Below, piece after piece: positions 18,819 through 27,870 of a stretch of 64,000 bases of DNA (positions are counted from its first letter, which is position 1; the number at the start of each line of letters is the position of its first letter). The stretch is from contig CP010425.1 in the NCBI GenBank assembly GCA_000830295.1, positions 928,001-992,000 on the forward strand. The letters are read 5' to 3'. This stretch comes from an archaeon GW2011_AR15 (lineage in GTDB: Archaea > Nanobdellota > Nanobdellia > Woesearchaeales > GW2011-AR15). The position numbers and the translations under genes are program-made. Below the pieces are notes generated by a model. The model worked only from the letters and a program-made list of their open reading frames with translations, had not been told where the DNA came from and did no database searches.

Positions 18819-20377
18819 AAGATCTAGAAAAACTGCTTGAAAATGTACTTTTTGTCTGCACAGGAAACACATGCAGAAGCCCAATGGCCGAGGCTATATA
18901 CAGGCAACTTGCTGGGGAATTAAGACCAGATCTAGATACAGAAGTCAAATCAGCAGGCCTTAGTATAGATCCTTATTCACTTGACAGATTTTCAGATATA
19001 CCTTTTTTTGACGGTGAACATATGAGAGAAAGCATAAAGAGACTTGGTCTCGGTATTGGGATATCCGAAGATACGCTAAGCGTCCTTGAAGAATGGAGAG
19101 GGGGAATTTCAGAGGGATACATAAACAGGAAACCAAGGCAGCTTGTAAAAAAAGACCTTAAGGATGCAAGCCTCGTTCTCGTTATGGAAAGGGCACATTA
19201 TACCACCCTAATGAGAGATTTTGGCAAAAAAATAACGGACCTTGAAAAAAAACTTTACCTAATGACAGAATTTGCCAATCTTCCAGGAGAGGTCACAGAT
19301 CCTCTTCGCCTCCCTAAGCAATATATTGTCTGCAGAGAGACTATGATTGAGGCCGTAACCAATATACTTACTGGAAAGATAGCAAAACATAAAGAAATTA
19401 TTGAACACAGGAAGACAGCAAACCTAATAGAAGGGAGATATTCCCGCCAAAGGGAAATATCAGACAGAATGGATATAATGTGGGAGCTTGCAAAGACCCT
19501 GATAGCAGAATATGGCAGCCTAAACGAATCAGGAAAAGGCAGTGCTCTAAATATAATTGATACAATATATTCGTCCAGGCAAATTATACCTCCACTTCCA
19601 GATGAAGCAAATAACATCACATTAAAAAAATGGAGAAAAGATTATGAGAAAATTGAAAGGCATAATGAAGCAATGTGGGAGAGATTTATTTATTCGGCTT
19701 ATTTAAAAGGTGAAACAGGGCATCCAAAGTCAGGAAATAAAAGGATACTTGACATAGTCCAATCGGCACTAGAAAGGAGAAGCTACCGGGAGAACACAGA
19801 AGAGATATTCACAATATACGCGGGCTCAAAATACCTAAGAAAACACAGCAGGGAAATAAAACGCAGCGATTCTAGGAAAGAAGAGATATATGAAGTAACC
19901 AAAGCCTCAGATATGCTGTTTAGGGGCAACAACATAAGAGAAAAAACCGGGCATGATAATATCTCCCTGGATTATGCTTTTCAGTTCTTTGATTTAGTTC
20001 AAAGAAAGCTAAGGGAAGACTCCTTTAGTATTAGTCTTTACAAGATAGCAGGAAGCCTCAATCTAATGGGAATAAACCGTAGAAGTCTGGATAATGTATA
20101 CCATATCTTGGAAGAACAGGGAGAAGCGTCACTGGAAGGACTGATGAGGCTGGCAGAAAAAAAGCTGAAATCATTCAACCCCCCTACCGATGCGATATTG
20201 GCTCTTCTTCAGGAGGGTTATCAGCTGGACGTGAAAAATGAAAATGATATGGTCTCAATCCGTGATGCTTTGCGCAATAGAATGAACAGAGTCGGCATGT
20301 TAGATAAAATTAAGGATGCTTCAGAATATGCCTCCAGAGAATATTTTCTTGATCATAGGAAAACAAATCTAGGTTAA
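18815..20377 (+). CDS. Low-molecular-weight phosphatase (YwlE-like) fused to a ~330-aa helical domain
   Basis: LFVCTGNTCRSPMAE, SAGL, ASLVLVME..H, VTDP. ATGA overlap with the upstream gene. Confidence 0.8.
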   Translation: MKDLEKLLENVLFVCTGNTCRSPMAEAIYRQLAGELRPDLDTEVKSAGLSIDPYSLDRFSDIPFFDGEHMRESIKRLGLGIGISEDTLSVLEEWRGGISEGYINRKPRQLVKKDLKDASLVLVMERAHYTTLMRDFGKKITDLEKKLYLMTEFANLPGEVTDPLRLPKQYIVCRETMIEAVTNILTGKIAKHKEIIEHRKTANLIEGRYSRQREISDRMDIMWELAKTLIAEYGSLNESGKGSALNIIDTIYSSRQIIPPLPDEANNITLKKWRKDYEKIERHNEAMWERFIYSAYLKGETGHPKSGNKRILDIVQSALERRSYRENTEEIFTIYAGSKYLRKHSREIKRSDSRKEEIYEVTKASDMLFRGNNIREKTGHDNISLDYAFQFFDLVQRKLREDSFSISLYKIAGSLNLMGINRRSLDNVYHILEEQGEASLEGLMRLAEKKLKSFNPPTDAILALLQEGYQLDVKNENDMVSIRDALRNRMNRVGMLDKIKDASEYASREYFLDHRKTNLG

Positions 20378-20378
20378 A

Positions 20379-21674
20379 ATGGCATTGACACCAAAACTTG
20401 AAGAGCTGCTCACTGACACCAGATTAATGAACGAGGAGCACGACTTTCTTGTTGAATACATACAACCAAGACTGCATCATTTCTTTTTGAAAGACCAGGA
20501 ACAAATCTTGACAAGATACCGGGCCATTGTAGAGAATAGGCAGAAATTCGAGAGATCATTCCCTGAAGGAGAATACAGCAGGTCAGTTATAGGTCTAGAA
20601 GGGATAGTGCAACTTCCGGAAAGTCCTTATGACATGCTGGGATTATTTTCTAGAGCCATAATAACAATGAATAATAAAACACTACATGAAATGTACAGGT
20701 ATTTTGACAAAAACTCTCTTGATACTATAAGAAGCAACATAAACGGCAGGCGCCTATATTCGAAAATAAGGGCATATCTTAATGGGGATTTGAATAAAGC
20801 CTCAGCAAGAGAACTCATAGCTATATTCAGAGATGGGCTAAACCCTAACAACCGCAAGCTGGAGAGAATCCTGGATTATATCAAGAAAGCCATAGAATCT
20901 GATAAATTTGAAAATGCGTCGTATATTGTAGCAAGAGTAAATACCCCCAGGATAGATTATACCCAGGACAAAGGCAAAACAGGAAGCTGTGCTTTTTTGG
21001 GCATTCTTGAGGGCGGCCATAATCCCCACTATCAGAGGGATCTTAACTCAAGGTACCATGCATCTTTACTCTATATGGCTGATCCTGAAATTGGGATACT
21101 GGCATTGCAGGTTCAGAGAAAAAACAGGCTGGAGCATCCTTCAGGACTGCTTATAATGGCGGATCTGATTGGGAAGAAAACAAAAAACAGCAAAAAAGAG
21201 AGATATCTTCTTGTTGATTCTGTAGAGGCCTACAGACATAGCTATGACACCAGATTTGCAGGAGACATGCCTCTAAGGGAGATGGATAAAAATACATGGA
21301 CCAAAACGCTGAAAGAAGGGCTTCTGAATCTGGCTGCCAGAACAGAGCACGATTATATTTTTTATAATCCAAGATTTTATAATCCGGGAGGAAAAGAATT
21401 TACAAAAAAATTTATAAGCTCTATAAAGGAAAATGGTTACCAAGTTGAGACAAGCACTGTCACTTTCTGGAAAAAACTTGGGGATTCGGCCATACCAAAG
21501 GGATTCAACTATGAGTTTGGATATTACCTTGATGCATTTATGCCATCAGGTAACCCGAGATATTTCAGTGCTGCGGACCCTGAGCACGCAACCCAAGGAA
21601 TTAAGAATATACAGGGAAGAAAGGCAAGAGGGTATGTTATAAGCAGGCCAAAAGGCGGATGGCTTTGTCCTTAA
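20379..21674 (+). CDS. Hypothetical protein (helical N-terminus, possible alpha/beta enzymatic C-terminus)
   Basis: 431-aa ORF tightly coupled to both neighbours. GSCAFL, LYMADPE and YLLVDSVE segments. Confidence 0.65.
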   Translation: MALTPKLEELLTDTRLMNEEHDFLVEYIQPRLHHFFLKDQEQILTRYRAIVENRQKFERSFPEGEYSRSVIGLEGIVQLPESPYDMLGLFSRAIITMNNKTLHEMYRYFDKNSLDTIRSNINGRRLYSKIRAYLNGDLNKASARELIAIFRDGLNPNNRKLERILDYIKKAIESDKFENASYIVARVNTPRIDYTQDKGKTGSCAFLGILEGGHNPHYQRDLNSRYHASLLYMADPEIGILALQVQRKNRLEHPSGLLIMADLIGKKTKNSKKERYLLVDSVEAYRHSYDTRFAGDMPLREMDKNTWTKTLKEGLLNLAARTEHDYIFYNPRFYNPGGKEFTKKFISSIKENGYQVETSTVTFWKKLGDSAIPKGFNYEFGYYLDAFMPSGNPRYFSAADPEHATQGIKNIQGRKARGYVISRPKGGWLCP

Positions 21675-22252
21675 TGCAAGAAGAGATAATAATAAGAAAG
21701 GCAGAGTCAGGAGATTTAGACGGCATAATGAGGGTTGAGGAAGAGTCTTTCCTCCCTGGCGATAGGTATCCAAGGAGGTATATATCTGATGAGATTAAAA
21801 ACCAAGATAGCCAAAGACAGTATTTTGTTGCTGAATATAATAGAAGGATTGTAGGTTACTCGGCTGCCGGCATCCAGGAAAGCGGGACAGCGCTCATGGG
21901 CCCTGTTTCTGATGTTGAAAAAGAACTTGGGATCCATCTGGAAGCAACCAGAGTGGGTGTTCTTATAAGTTTGGGGGTAATAAAGGAAGAAAGAAGGAAA
22001 AATATAGGGGGTATGCTAACGCAGGCCAGGCTGAGATGGATTGAGAATAATCTGGAGGACGATAAAAAGTATGTGTTTGCCCATGCATGGCCGAATGGCG
22101 GATTCAACTACCTAGCAAAAAGCTTCGGTTTCAGGAGAGTAATGAACTGGGATAACAGAGAAGCCTATTCAGATGATAGCCATGCAATATTGTATTTCCT
22201 TGACCTAAACCTGCAAGGTAAAAACGATCTTCAGACTGTTATTATTTTATAG
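21674..22252 (+). CDS. GNAT family N-acetyltransferase (RimI-like)
   Basis: IIRKAESGDLDGIMRVEEESF, FVAEYNRRIVGY, SLGVIKEERRKNIGGML (acetyl-CoA motif A), FGF. TAATG overlap puts the start at 21674. Confidence 0.85.
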   Translation: MQEEIIIRKAESGDLDGIMRVEEESFLPGDRYPRRYISDEIKNQDSQRQYFVAEYNRRIVGYSAAGIQESGTALMGPVSDVEKELGIHLEATRVGVLISLGVIKEERRKNIGGMLTQARLRWIENNLEDDKKYVFAHAWPNGGFNYLAKSFGFRRVMNWDNREAYSDDSHAILYFLDLNLQGKNDLQTVIIL

Positions 22253-22309
22253 TAGTTAAGACTTAGAAAACTTTATATATTTCCGGCAGATACCGAGGAA
22301 AGAGGGGAT

Positions 22310-24784
22310 ATGGCTAAAAGTGTCAATGGATTAGAGGCGATACTTAAGAATACGGCCTCCTCTGATTTGAGAAGAGCCATATCCAAAAGTAAGTTCCCAG
22401 AAAGCACTTCCTTACTCTTTCTTGACGGAAAAAGCATCGGGACAAGCGCCGACCCTGGTAAAATTAAAGCAGGCACTTACAGGATTGAGTTATGGGATGA
22501 AGAACTGGATATAAAATACCCTTTTTCTATCCCTGATATTGGGCTGGATAGTAAAACTCCCGAGGAGCTTACCGAATATGGCATTAGTGCAAATGAAGCA
22601 GCACCCAGACTAGTCAGGCTTGGAGCCTCACTTTACTCTCTTCTTGAGAAAAAACCACTATTTCAAACTACTGCTGAACTGGAGGATAAATCCAGGAATT
22701 ACAAAGAAGAAATCATGAAGAAAGGAGGCACTTACGAGCCGTTTCATATTGCAAGAGAAATAACCCGCGACTATATACCCCAGGATCTTAATTTAAGAGA
22801 TATTCTTGAAGCAATAAGGGAACTATATAAGGGGAGGGATAGGATGGAGACTACAGTATCATATATTCCTTTCTCAATGGATAGCATAAGAGGGAAGGTG
22901 GCTGTTGCTTCTTTCACAGGTGAAAAAGACGGGCTTCATGGGATGATAAGATTTAATGGAGCTGAGCTAAAATTTGGAGATATCGGCCTTGCGAGATATA
23001 AAAAAAAGATAGGTCATTTGTTTGACACAGTCACTAAGCTGGAAAGAGATCTTATGCAGGCTGAAACCAGTTTAGATGACAAGGGATTTATTTATACAAT
23101 CTCCGCTGGAGCAGAAGGGAACTATATCTTTAGAATAAGCAAAAGACCATATACAGAGCCGGAGATTAGGTTAGAAAGACTCATGGGGGCATATAATTCC
23201 AAAAAAATAAGTATTTCTGATTTAATGGGTAAATTAACGCAGGATCTTCTAGTACATTATGAAGAATTTGAAACTAAAGGCATTAAAGGTGTGAAGACAG
23301 GTGCAACTCCGTCAGGAAGCGGCCTTGCAATAGGCACACTAATACTGGATTCTGCTGAAAAAATTAATGAACTGGCTAAGAATCAGGAGTTTATCCTTGT
23401 ATCAAGAAGGGATGATTCGGATATTGGCAAAGCACTTTATGATAAGAGATGCGTAGGCTATATCAACCCTACAGCAAGCAAATCCCACCATTACGTTATT
23501 CTGGCGGGGAATCTTAACATCCCGGTATTGCACAGTAGCCCATCATTAAAAATTGATAATGATGAGATGCAAGTCTCAGAAGGCGAAGAAGAATATTTTA
23601 ATGATTTTGATACTGTCAGCGTTGATTTTGGTAACTCCCTGATATATCCTAAAAAACTCAAGGTTATAAAAAAAGAAAATAAGGGTTTGGAGAAACTGTT
23701 TGAGATTATAAAGGAGAACCAAAGTATTTCCGTATATGTAAACGCAGATTCTCCGAAAAAGATAAGGGAAGCACTTGAGAATGGGGCCAGAGGGATTGGT
23801 CTCTGCAGAACTGAAAGAATGTTTTATCATCCGCCCTATATGCAGATGCTGCAGAGGATTATACTAAGTGCATATAACTGCAATAATGAGAAGCATAAGA
23901 TAGAAAAGCATAGCATGAAAAAAGACCTCTCTCTCTTAGGAAAATACCTCTCAGATGCCTTCCTGGAGATGTACTCTGCAGCAGATGGGCTTCCTGTTGT
24001 TATAAGACTCCTGGATCCACCGCTCCATGAATTTATAAAAAGAGATATCCAGGAGTATGGCTGGAATGAATTCTCGTATAACCTCGGGGTATGTGCCAAG
24101 TGCGACAAGCCGGATTTTAAAACTTTGGAGGAGGCTAATCCAGCACTAGGGCTCAGAGGGGTAAGGGTTGGTATAGAAAGGCCCGAGATATACAAAGCCC
24201 AGATTGGCGCTATAATGACTGCAGCCGCAAGAGCAAAAAAAGAAGGCAAAAAAGTTATTCCCCAGATTTTAATACCTTTTGTTAATTCCACTGAAGAGAT
24301 TAATATTATAAGGGGCTATATTGAAGAAATGAGGCAGACAGCGGAATCTAGCTACGGAATTCATATAGATTATAAGATAAGGGCAATGATTGAGACTCCA
24401 GCAGCATTATCTAGGATGCCTCAGATAGCTGAAGCAGTAGACGGGATAAGCTTTGGAACAAATGACCTTACCCAGGCATGGATGGGACTTGACAGGGAAA
24501 CAGCAGACAGCATAGGCAGCATATACTCTTCAAGGGGAATCAGCATAGGAGAGCCGTTTTCAAGACTCGATGAGGGGCTTATCCGGGAGATGGAGCTAAG
24601 AATAGATGAGACAAGAGAAAAAATTAAAAAATCAGGCAGGGAATTTACAATATCAGTCTGCGGTGAGCAGGCAGCGCATGAGATAGGAAGATTGCACAAT
24701 ATCGGCATAGATTATGTAAGTATTTCCCCGGGGAAATTAGATTTATCAATTATAGAAAGTGTAAAGTTGAGGTATCATGGCTAA
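22310..24784 (+). CDS. PEP-utilising enzyme, PPDK-derived (phospho-His swivel plus PEP-binding barrel; N-terminal ATP domain degenerate)
   Basis: NADSP, GARGIGLCRTERMF, IRLLDPPLHEF, EANPALGLRGVR, MIETP, SFGTNDLTQ, CGE. Swivel SHHYVILAGNLNIP aligns to TSHAAVVARxLGIP. Confidence 0.8.
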   Translation: MAKSVNGLEAILKNTASSDLRRAISKSKFPESTSLLFLDGKSIGTSADPGKIKAGTYRIELWDEELDIKYPFSIPDIGLDSKTPEELTEYGISANEAAPRLVRLGASLYSLLEKKPLFQTTAELEDKSRNYKEEIMKKGGTYEPFHIAREITRDYIPQDLNLRDILEAIRELYKGRDRMETTVSYIPFSMDSIRGKVAVASFTGEKDGLHGMIRFNGAELKFGDIGLARYKKKIGHLFDTVTKLERDLMQAETSLDDKGFIYTISAGAEGNYIFRISKRPYTEPEIRLERLMGAYNSKKISISDLMGKLTQDLLVHYEEFETKGIKGVKTGATPSGSGLAIGTLILDSAEKINELAKNQEFILVSRRDDSDIGKALYDKRCVGYINPTASKSHHYVILAGNLNIPVLHSSPSLKIDNDEMQVSEGEEEYFNDFDTVSVDFGNSLIYPKKLKVIKKENKGLEKLFEIIKENQSISVYVNADSPKKIREALENGARGIGLCRTERMFYHPPYMQMLQRIILSAYNCNNEKHKIEKHSMKKDLSLLGKYLSDAFLEMYSAADGLPVVIRLLDPPLHEFIKRDIQEYGWNEFSYNLGVCAKCDKPDFKTLEEANPALGLRGVRVGIERPEIYKAQIGAIMTAAARAKKEGKKVIPQILIPFVNSTEEINIIRGYIEEMRQTAESSYGIHIDYKIRAMIETPAALSRMPQIAEAVDGISFGTNDLTQAWMGLDRETADSIGSIYSSRGISIGEPFSRLDEGLIREMELRIDETREKIKKSGREFTISVCGEQAAHEIGRLHNIGIDYVSISPGKLDLSIIESVKLRYHG

Positions 24785-26138
24785 AAAAAAACCAGGCAGG
24801 CTTTCTATAGAAGATAAGGTGGCGCTATTCAAAAATCTGAACAATTATAACGAGATTGCCCTGGATAGTATGGAGATGCCAATAGAGATTTTAGAGCGCG
24901 GATATCTTTTTTATTCTCCCGGGAGCATATCTGCTAGTGTTACCCGCAGCATACAGGGTATTGGGGGGATGATAGATACATATGAGAGAGTTTCGCGGAA
25001 AAAACTCGAGAAGGAAGAGAAAAGGCACATCAGCAAAGTCCAGAGCATAGCAGCAGAAATTGCTGCAGAGCTTGACCAAGCCGTGTTTTCTGAAAATCAG
25101 GAAAAAATCAACCAAGAATATAAAAGGTATATAACAGGAGTCAGGGATATCAGGGAGAAGTTTTCCGATTCCGGAGCAGAGTCTATAATTGAAACCAAAA
25201 CAATCCATGAGTTAATCCGTGTTCTCCATCAGCTTGGAATAAAAAATGCTTTTAAGCTGCCAAAAGCACCTACTTCAAAAAAGCGTTCCATGGGAGATTT
25301 TCACCATACCGCTGCAGCCCTTTATATCATAGACATAGGCGGGGCAATAAGAAAAGGCGCCCAAGATAAGTATTATAATCTTAGCATAGAAGATGTGGTA
25401 AATCCGCAGCTTGCAAAAATAGCCTCTATATATTCATCAATAGAGAAAAGGAATGAAGGAAGGGAAGACGGCAACCTTTTTGTTTCAGGAAAAGAACTTC
25501 TTGGTAGCATATCTCTTGGGGCTCATGCGTTTGAAATAGTAACCTCATTTGAATCCGGCCAGCAAATGATACTAATCAGATATAAAGACACTTCACCAGG
25601 CTCCTACAAATATGCAGGGCACAGAATAAAAGCATTCAGTCAGGCACTTTTAGATCTTGGATTCAAGAGCAGCACCGACCGGCAATTCCTGAAAGCGCAT
25701 TACTACGGGGAAAACCTTGAAAGCTCAATTGAAAAGTTCGGAAAACTCTGGACAATAGCTATGTCAACTAAGGACCTTGATGTAGATGAGTCACCAATAG
25801 GTAAGGCATATCACTTTGTAGTTCAGTCCTTTAAAGAAGGGATACTGAATGTTGAGGCTCTGGCAAAGTTTTATGTTAATGTAAGAAAAAAGATGAACAA
25901 CGCCAATAGTGATAAGAAGATGAATATTCTAATGGATGAGCTTAAAAAATCAGCATCTAAGTATAGTGTAACAGAAAATGAATTCGCATTTGCAATAAGA
26001 TATACTGCTATGCTGCTTGAGCGTGAAATAAAAAAAGAACTAGGAAAAAAAGCTTTGAATGAAAAAATGGCAGGAAGATTTGCAGCACTATATGCAGAAA
26101 TAGATAAACGAGGCCAGGATAACTATCTGAAGCCATAG
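24777..26138 (+). CDS. Hypothetical protein, possibly a PEP-synthase-associated domain
   Basis: 453-aa ORF overlapping the upstream stop. KTIHELIRVLHQ, LYIIDIGG, LGAH and KDLD segments. Confidence 0.6.
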   Translation: MAKKKPGRLSIEDKVALFKNLNNYNEIALDSMEMPIEILERGYLFYSPGSISASVTRSIQGIGGMIDTYERVSRKKLEKEEKRHISKVQSIAAEIAAELDQAVFSENQEKINQEYKRYITGVRDIREKFSDSGAESIIETKTIHELIRVLHQLGIKNAFKLPKAPTSKKRSMGDFHHTAAALYIIDIGGAIRKGAQDKYYNLSIEDVVNPQLAKIASIYSSIEKRNEGREDGNLFVSGKELLGSISLGAHAFEIVTSFESGQQMILIRYKDTSPGSYKYAGHRIKAFSQALLDLGFKSSTDRQFLKAHYYGENLESSIEKFGKLWTIAMSTKDLDVDESPIGKAYHFVVQSFKEGILNVEALAKFYVNVRKKMNNANSDKKMNILMDELKKSASKYSVTENEFAFAIRYTAMLLEREIKKELGKKALNEKMAGRFAALYAEIDKRGQDNYLKP

Positions 26139-26220
26139 CTTCTTTATGGTATAAATATCAATACTCTTCTCATGTTTTTCTACCGCCAAACTTATAAATA
26201 GCACGGGATTTCAGCTACAT

Positions 26221-26568
26221 ATGGGTAAAAAAGAAAGAGAAGAGCAGGCAGCCCAGGAAGCATTTCAGGAAGAGCTTAGAAGAATCAAGCTGCCAAGAGG
26301 AATCCAGGTAATAGGTGTGCTTGACCAAAGGGTCGGAGGCTCGCGTTCTTTAGTAAGGTGCATGGATGGAAAAACAAGAAACTGCAGGATTCCCGGAAGG
26401 TTGAAAAGAAGCCTATGGGTAAGGCCCGGAGATGTTGTGCTTGTTGAGCCATGGGAGCTTAACCAGGATGACAAGGGGGATATTATTTTCAAATACTCCA
26501 AGGCCCAGATAAACCTTCTTAAGAAAAGAGGGTTGCTCAAGGAAATGGATGAATTTAGCGGGTTCTAA
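26221..26568 (+). CDS. eif1a: Translation initiation factor aIF-1A
   Basis: RIKLPR, VRCMDGKTRNCRIPGRLKRSLWVRPGDVVLVEPWE, KGDIIFKY. Confidence 0.95.
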   Translation: MGKKEREEQAAQEAFQEELRRIKLPRGIQVIGVLDQRVGGSRSLVRCMDGKTRNCRIPGRLKRSLWVRPGDVVLVEPWELNQDDKGDIIFKYSKAQINLLKKRGLLKEMDEFSGF

Positions 26569-26645
26569 TTATATTACTTATTAGTAGTAACAAAACAGAA
26601 AGCTTTATATATAGGCAGCTGCTCACATCTATAAAGGTGAGCCTA

Positions 26646-27035
26646 ATGTTGGAAACAATTAGAAAACTTGACTCAAAGATAAGACACGCTTTTATACTTG
26701 CAAAAAGGGATATTTATGACCTGAGGGCAGCTGTAAAGATGCAGCAGGAAGTCATAAAGAAGCTAAGCGACAGCCAGAAAACACTGCTGGCCAGAATAGA
26801 GAAGCTGGAAAAAGCCAGGACAGTTGTTAAAACAATCAAAGTTGCGCAGCCAAAAGTTATTAGGACAAAGGTAATAAGGGCAAAAAAGACATATGTTGGA
26901 GCTAAGACAACACAGAAAGTCCACAGCATGGACTGTCCGTTCGGAAAGAACATAAAGCCAAAGAACAAGGTAATCTTTAGGACAAAGACAAAGGCTTTCA
27001 ATGAAGGTTTCAGCGCATGCGACTGCCTGCGTTAA
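26646..27035 (+). CDS. Coiled-coil protein with C-terminal Ada-like metal-binding tail
   Basis: SD GGTGA 5 nt before ATG 26646. YVGAK..KVHSMDCPF...GFSACDC. Confidence 0.7.
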   Translation: MLETIRKLDSKIRHAFILAKRDIYDLRAAVKMQQEVIKKLSDSQKTLLARIEKLEKARTVVKTIKVAQPKVIRTKVIRAKKTYVGAKTTQKVHSMDCPFGKNIKPKNKVIFRTKTKAFNEGFSACDCLR

Positions 27036-27036
27036 A

Positions 27037-27267
27037 TCAGTAGAACATAGGTTTTATTTTCATATCTTCTTTTTCTTCTTCATCCTCATCAGAGTCTAGA
27101 TTGTTATTGTCGTTATTATCATCTTTGGAGAATATGTCCATAGTGCCGGGCGCTATACTATCATAGCTGCCTGATGATCCTGGCTCAAGGAACTTCTGCA
27201 GGAACTCTATTGTCTTTTTTATATCATCAGCAGAATCTTTTTTTGTGTCTATCTTAATTACAACCAT
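27037..27267 (-). CDS. Small acidic hypothetical protein
   Basis: 76-aa ORF MVVIKIDTKKDS...; TATA TTTATA about 30 nt upstream on the minus strand. Confidence 0.65.
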   Translation of the reverse strand: MVVIKIDTKKDSADDIKKTIEFLQKFLEPGSSGSYDSIAPGTMDIFSKDDNNDNNNLDSDEDEEEKEDMKIKPMFY

Positions 27268-27350
27268 GATTATTGTTGTTTGGTTTTGAGTATAAATAAC
27301 TTTTCATTCAAAACACAACCTTTATAAAAAATCCCCCCATCTCCAAATTA

Positions 27351-27641
27351 ATGGCTACAAAAGAACAGATCATTGAAGTCCTGAAAAAAGTCGATGACCC
27401 TGAGCTTAATATGGATGTATGGAGCCTCGGTCTCATATATGAGATAAATGTTGACAAGGCCAATGTCGGGATCCTGATGACATTCACGACTCCGATGTGC
27501 CCTTATGGTCCCATGCTTCTTGAGATGATTGAGGATGCTATAAAAGACAAGCACAAGGACATCAAGAAAGTAAAGATAGATGTTACATTTGACCCGCCTT
27601 GGGAGCCTTCTGAAGAGCTCAAAGCCATGTTTGGCGTCTAA
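27351..27641 (+). CDS. DUF59/SufT-like metal-sulfur cluster assembly factor
   Basis: DPEL...LGLIY, MTFTTPMCP, FDPPW. Confidence 0.9.
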   Translation: MATKEQIIEVLKKVDDPELNMDVWSLGLIYEINVDKANVGILMTFTTPMCPYGPMLLEMIEDAIKDKHKDIKKVKIDVTFDPPWEPSEELKAMFGV

Positions 27642-27752
27642 AAACTTCTCTTATTACCAAATTATTATATATTATTTATAAACGAAATATTTATATATTG
27701 GTATACATATTCATATACTGAGATATATTTAATAAAAAGGGGCAAAGACCAG

Positions 27753-27830
27753 ATGTTAAACAGAAAAATACCACCAACAGCACTTGTTGTCAAAGACTTG
27801 AACGGCAACATACTGGGGATAATAGAATAA
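27753..27830 (+). CDS. Candidate 25-aa microprotein
   Basis: MLNRKIPPTALVVKDLNGNILGIIE*, preceded by an AAGGGG SD-like element and an AT-rich promoter-like region. Confidence 0.35.
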   Translation: MLNRKIPPTALVVKDLNGNILGIIE

Positions 27831-27870
27831 ACCCATACTAGTTTTCTGAATTTTTTATTATAATTAATTA

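Noticed and set aside
16343-26220. Calling the seven-gene locus an integrated mobile element
   Set aside because: No integrase, transposase or terminal repeat was seen. The locus lies on the 5' side of the tRNA, whereas the duplicated 3' end is on the other side.
27642-27750. AT-rich tract as a replication-origin unwinding element
   Set aside because: There are no flanking ORB-like repeats; promoter and terminator sequence explains it.
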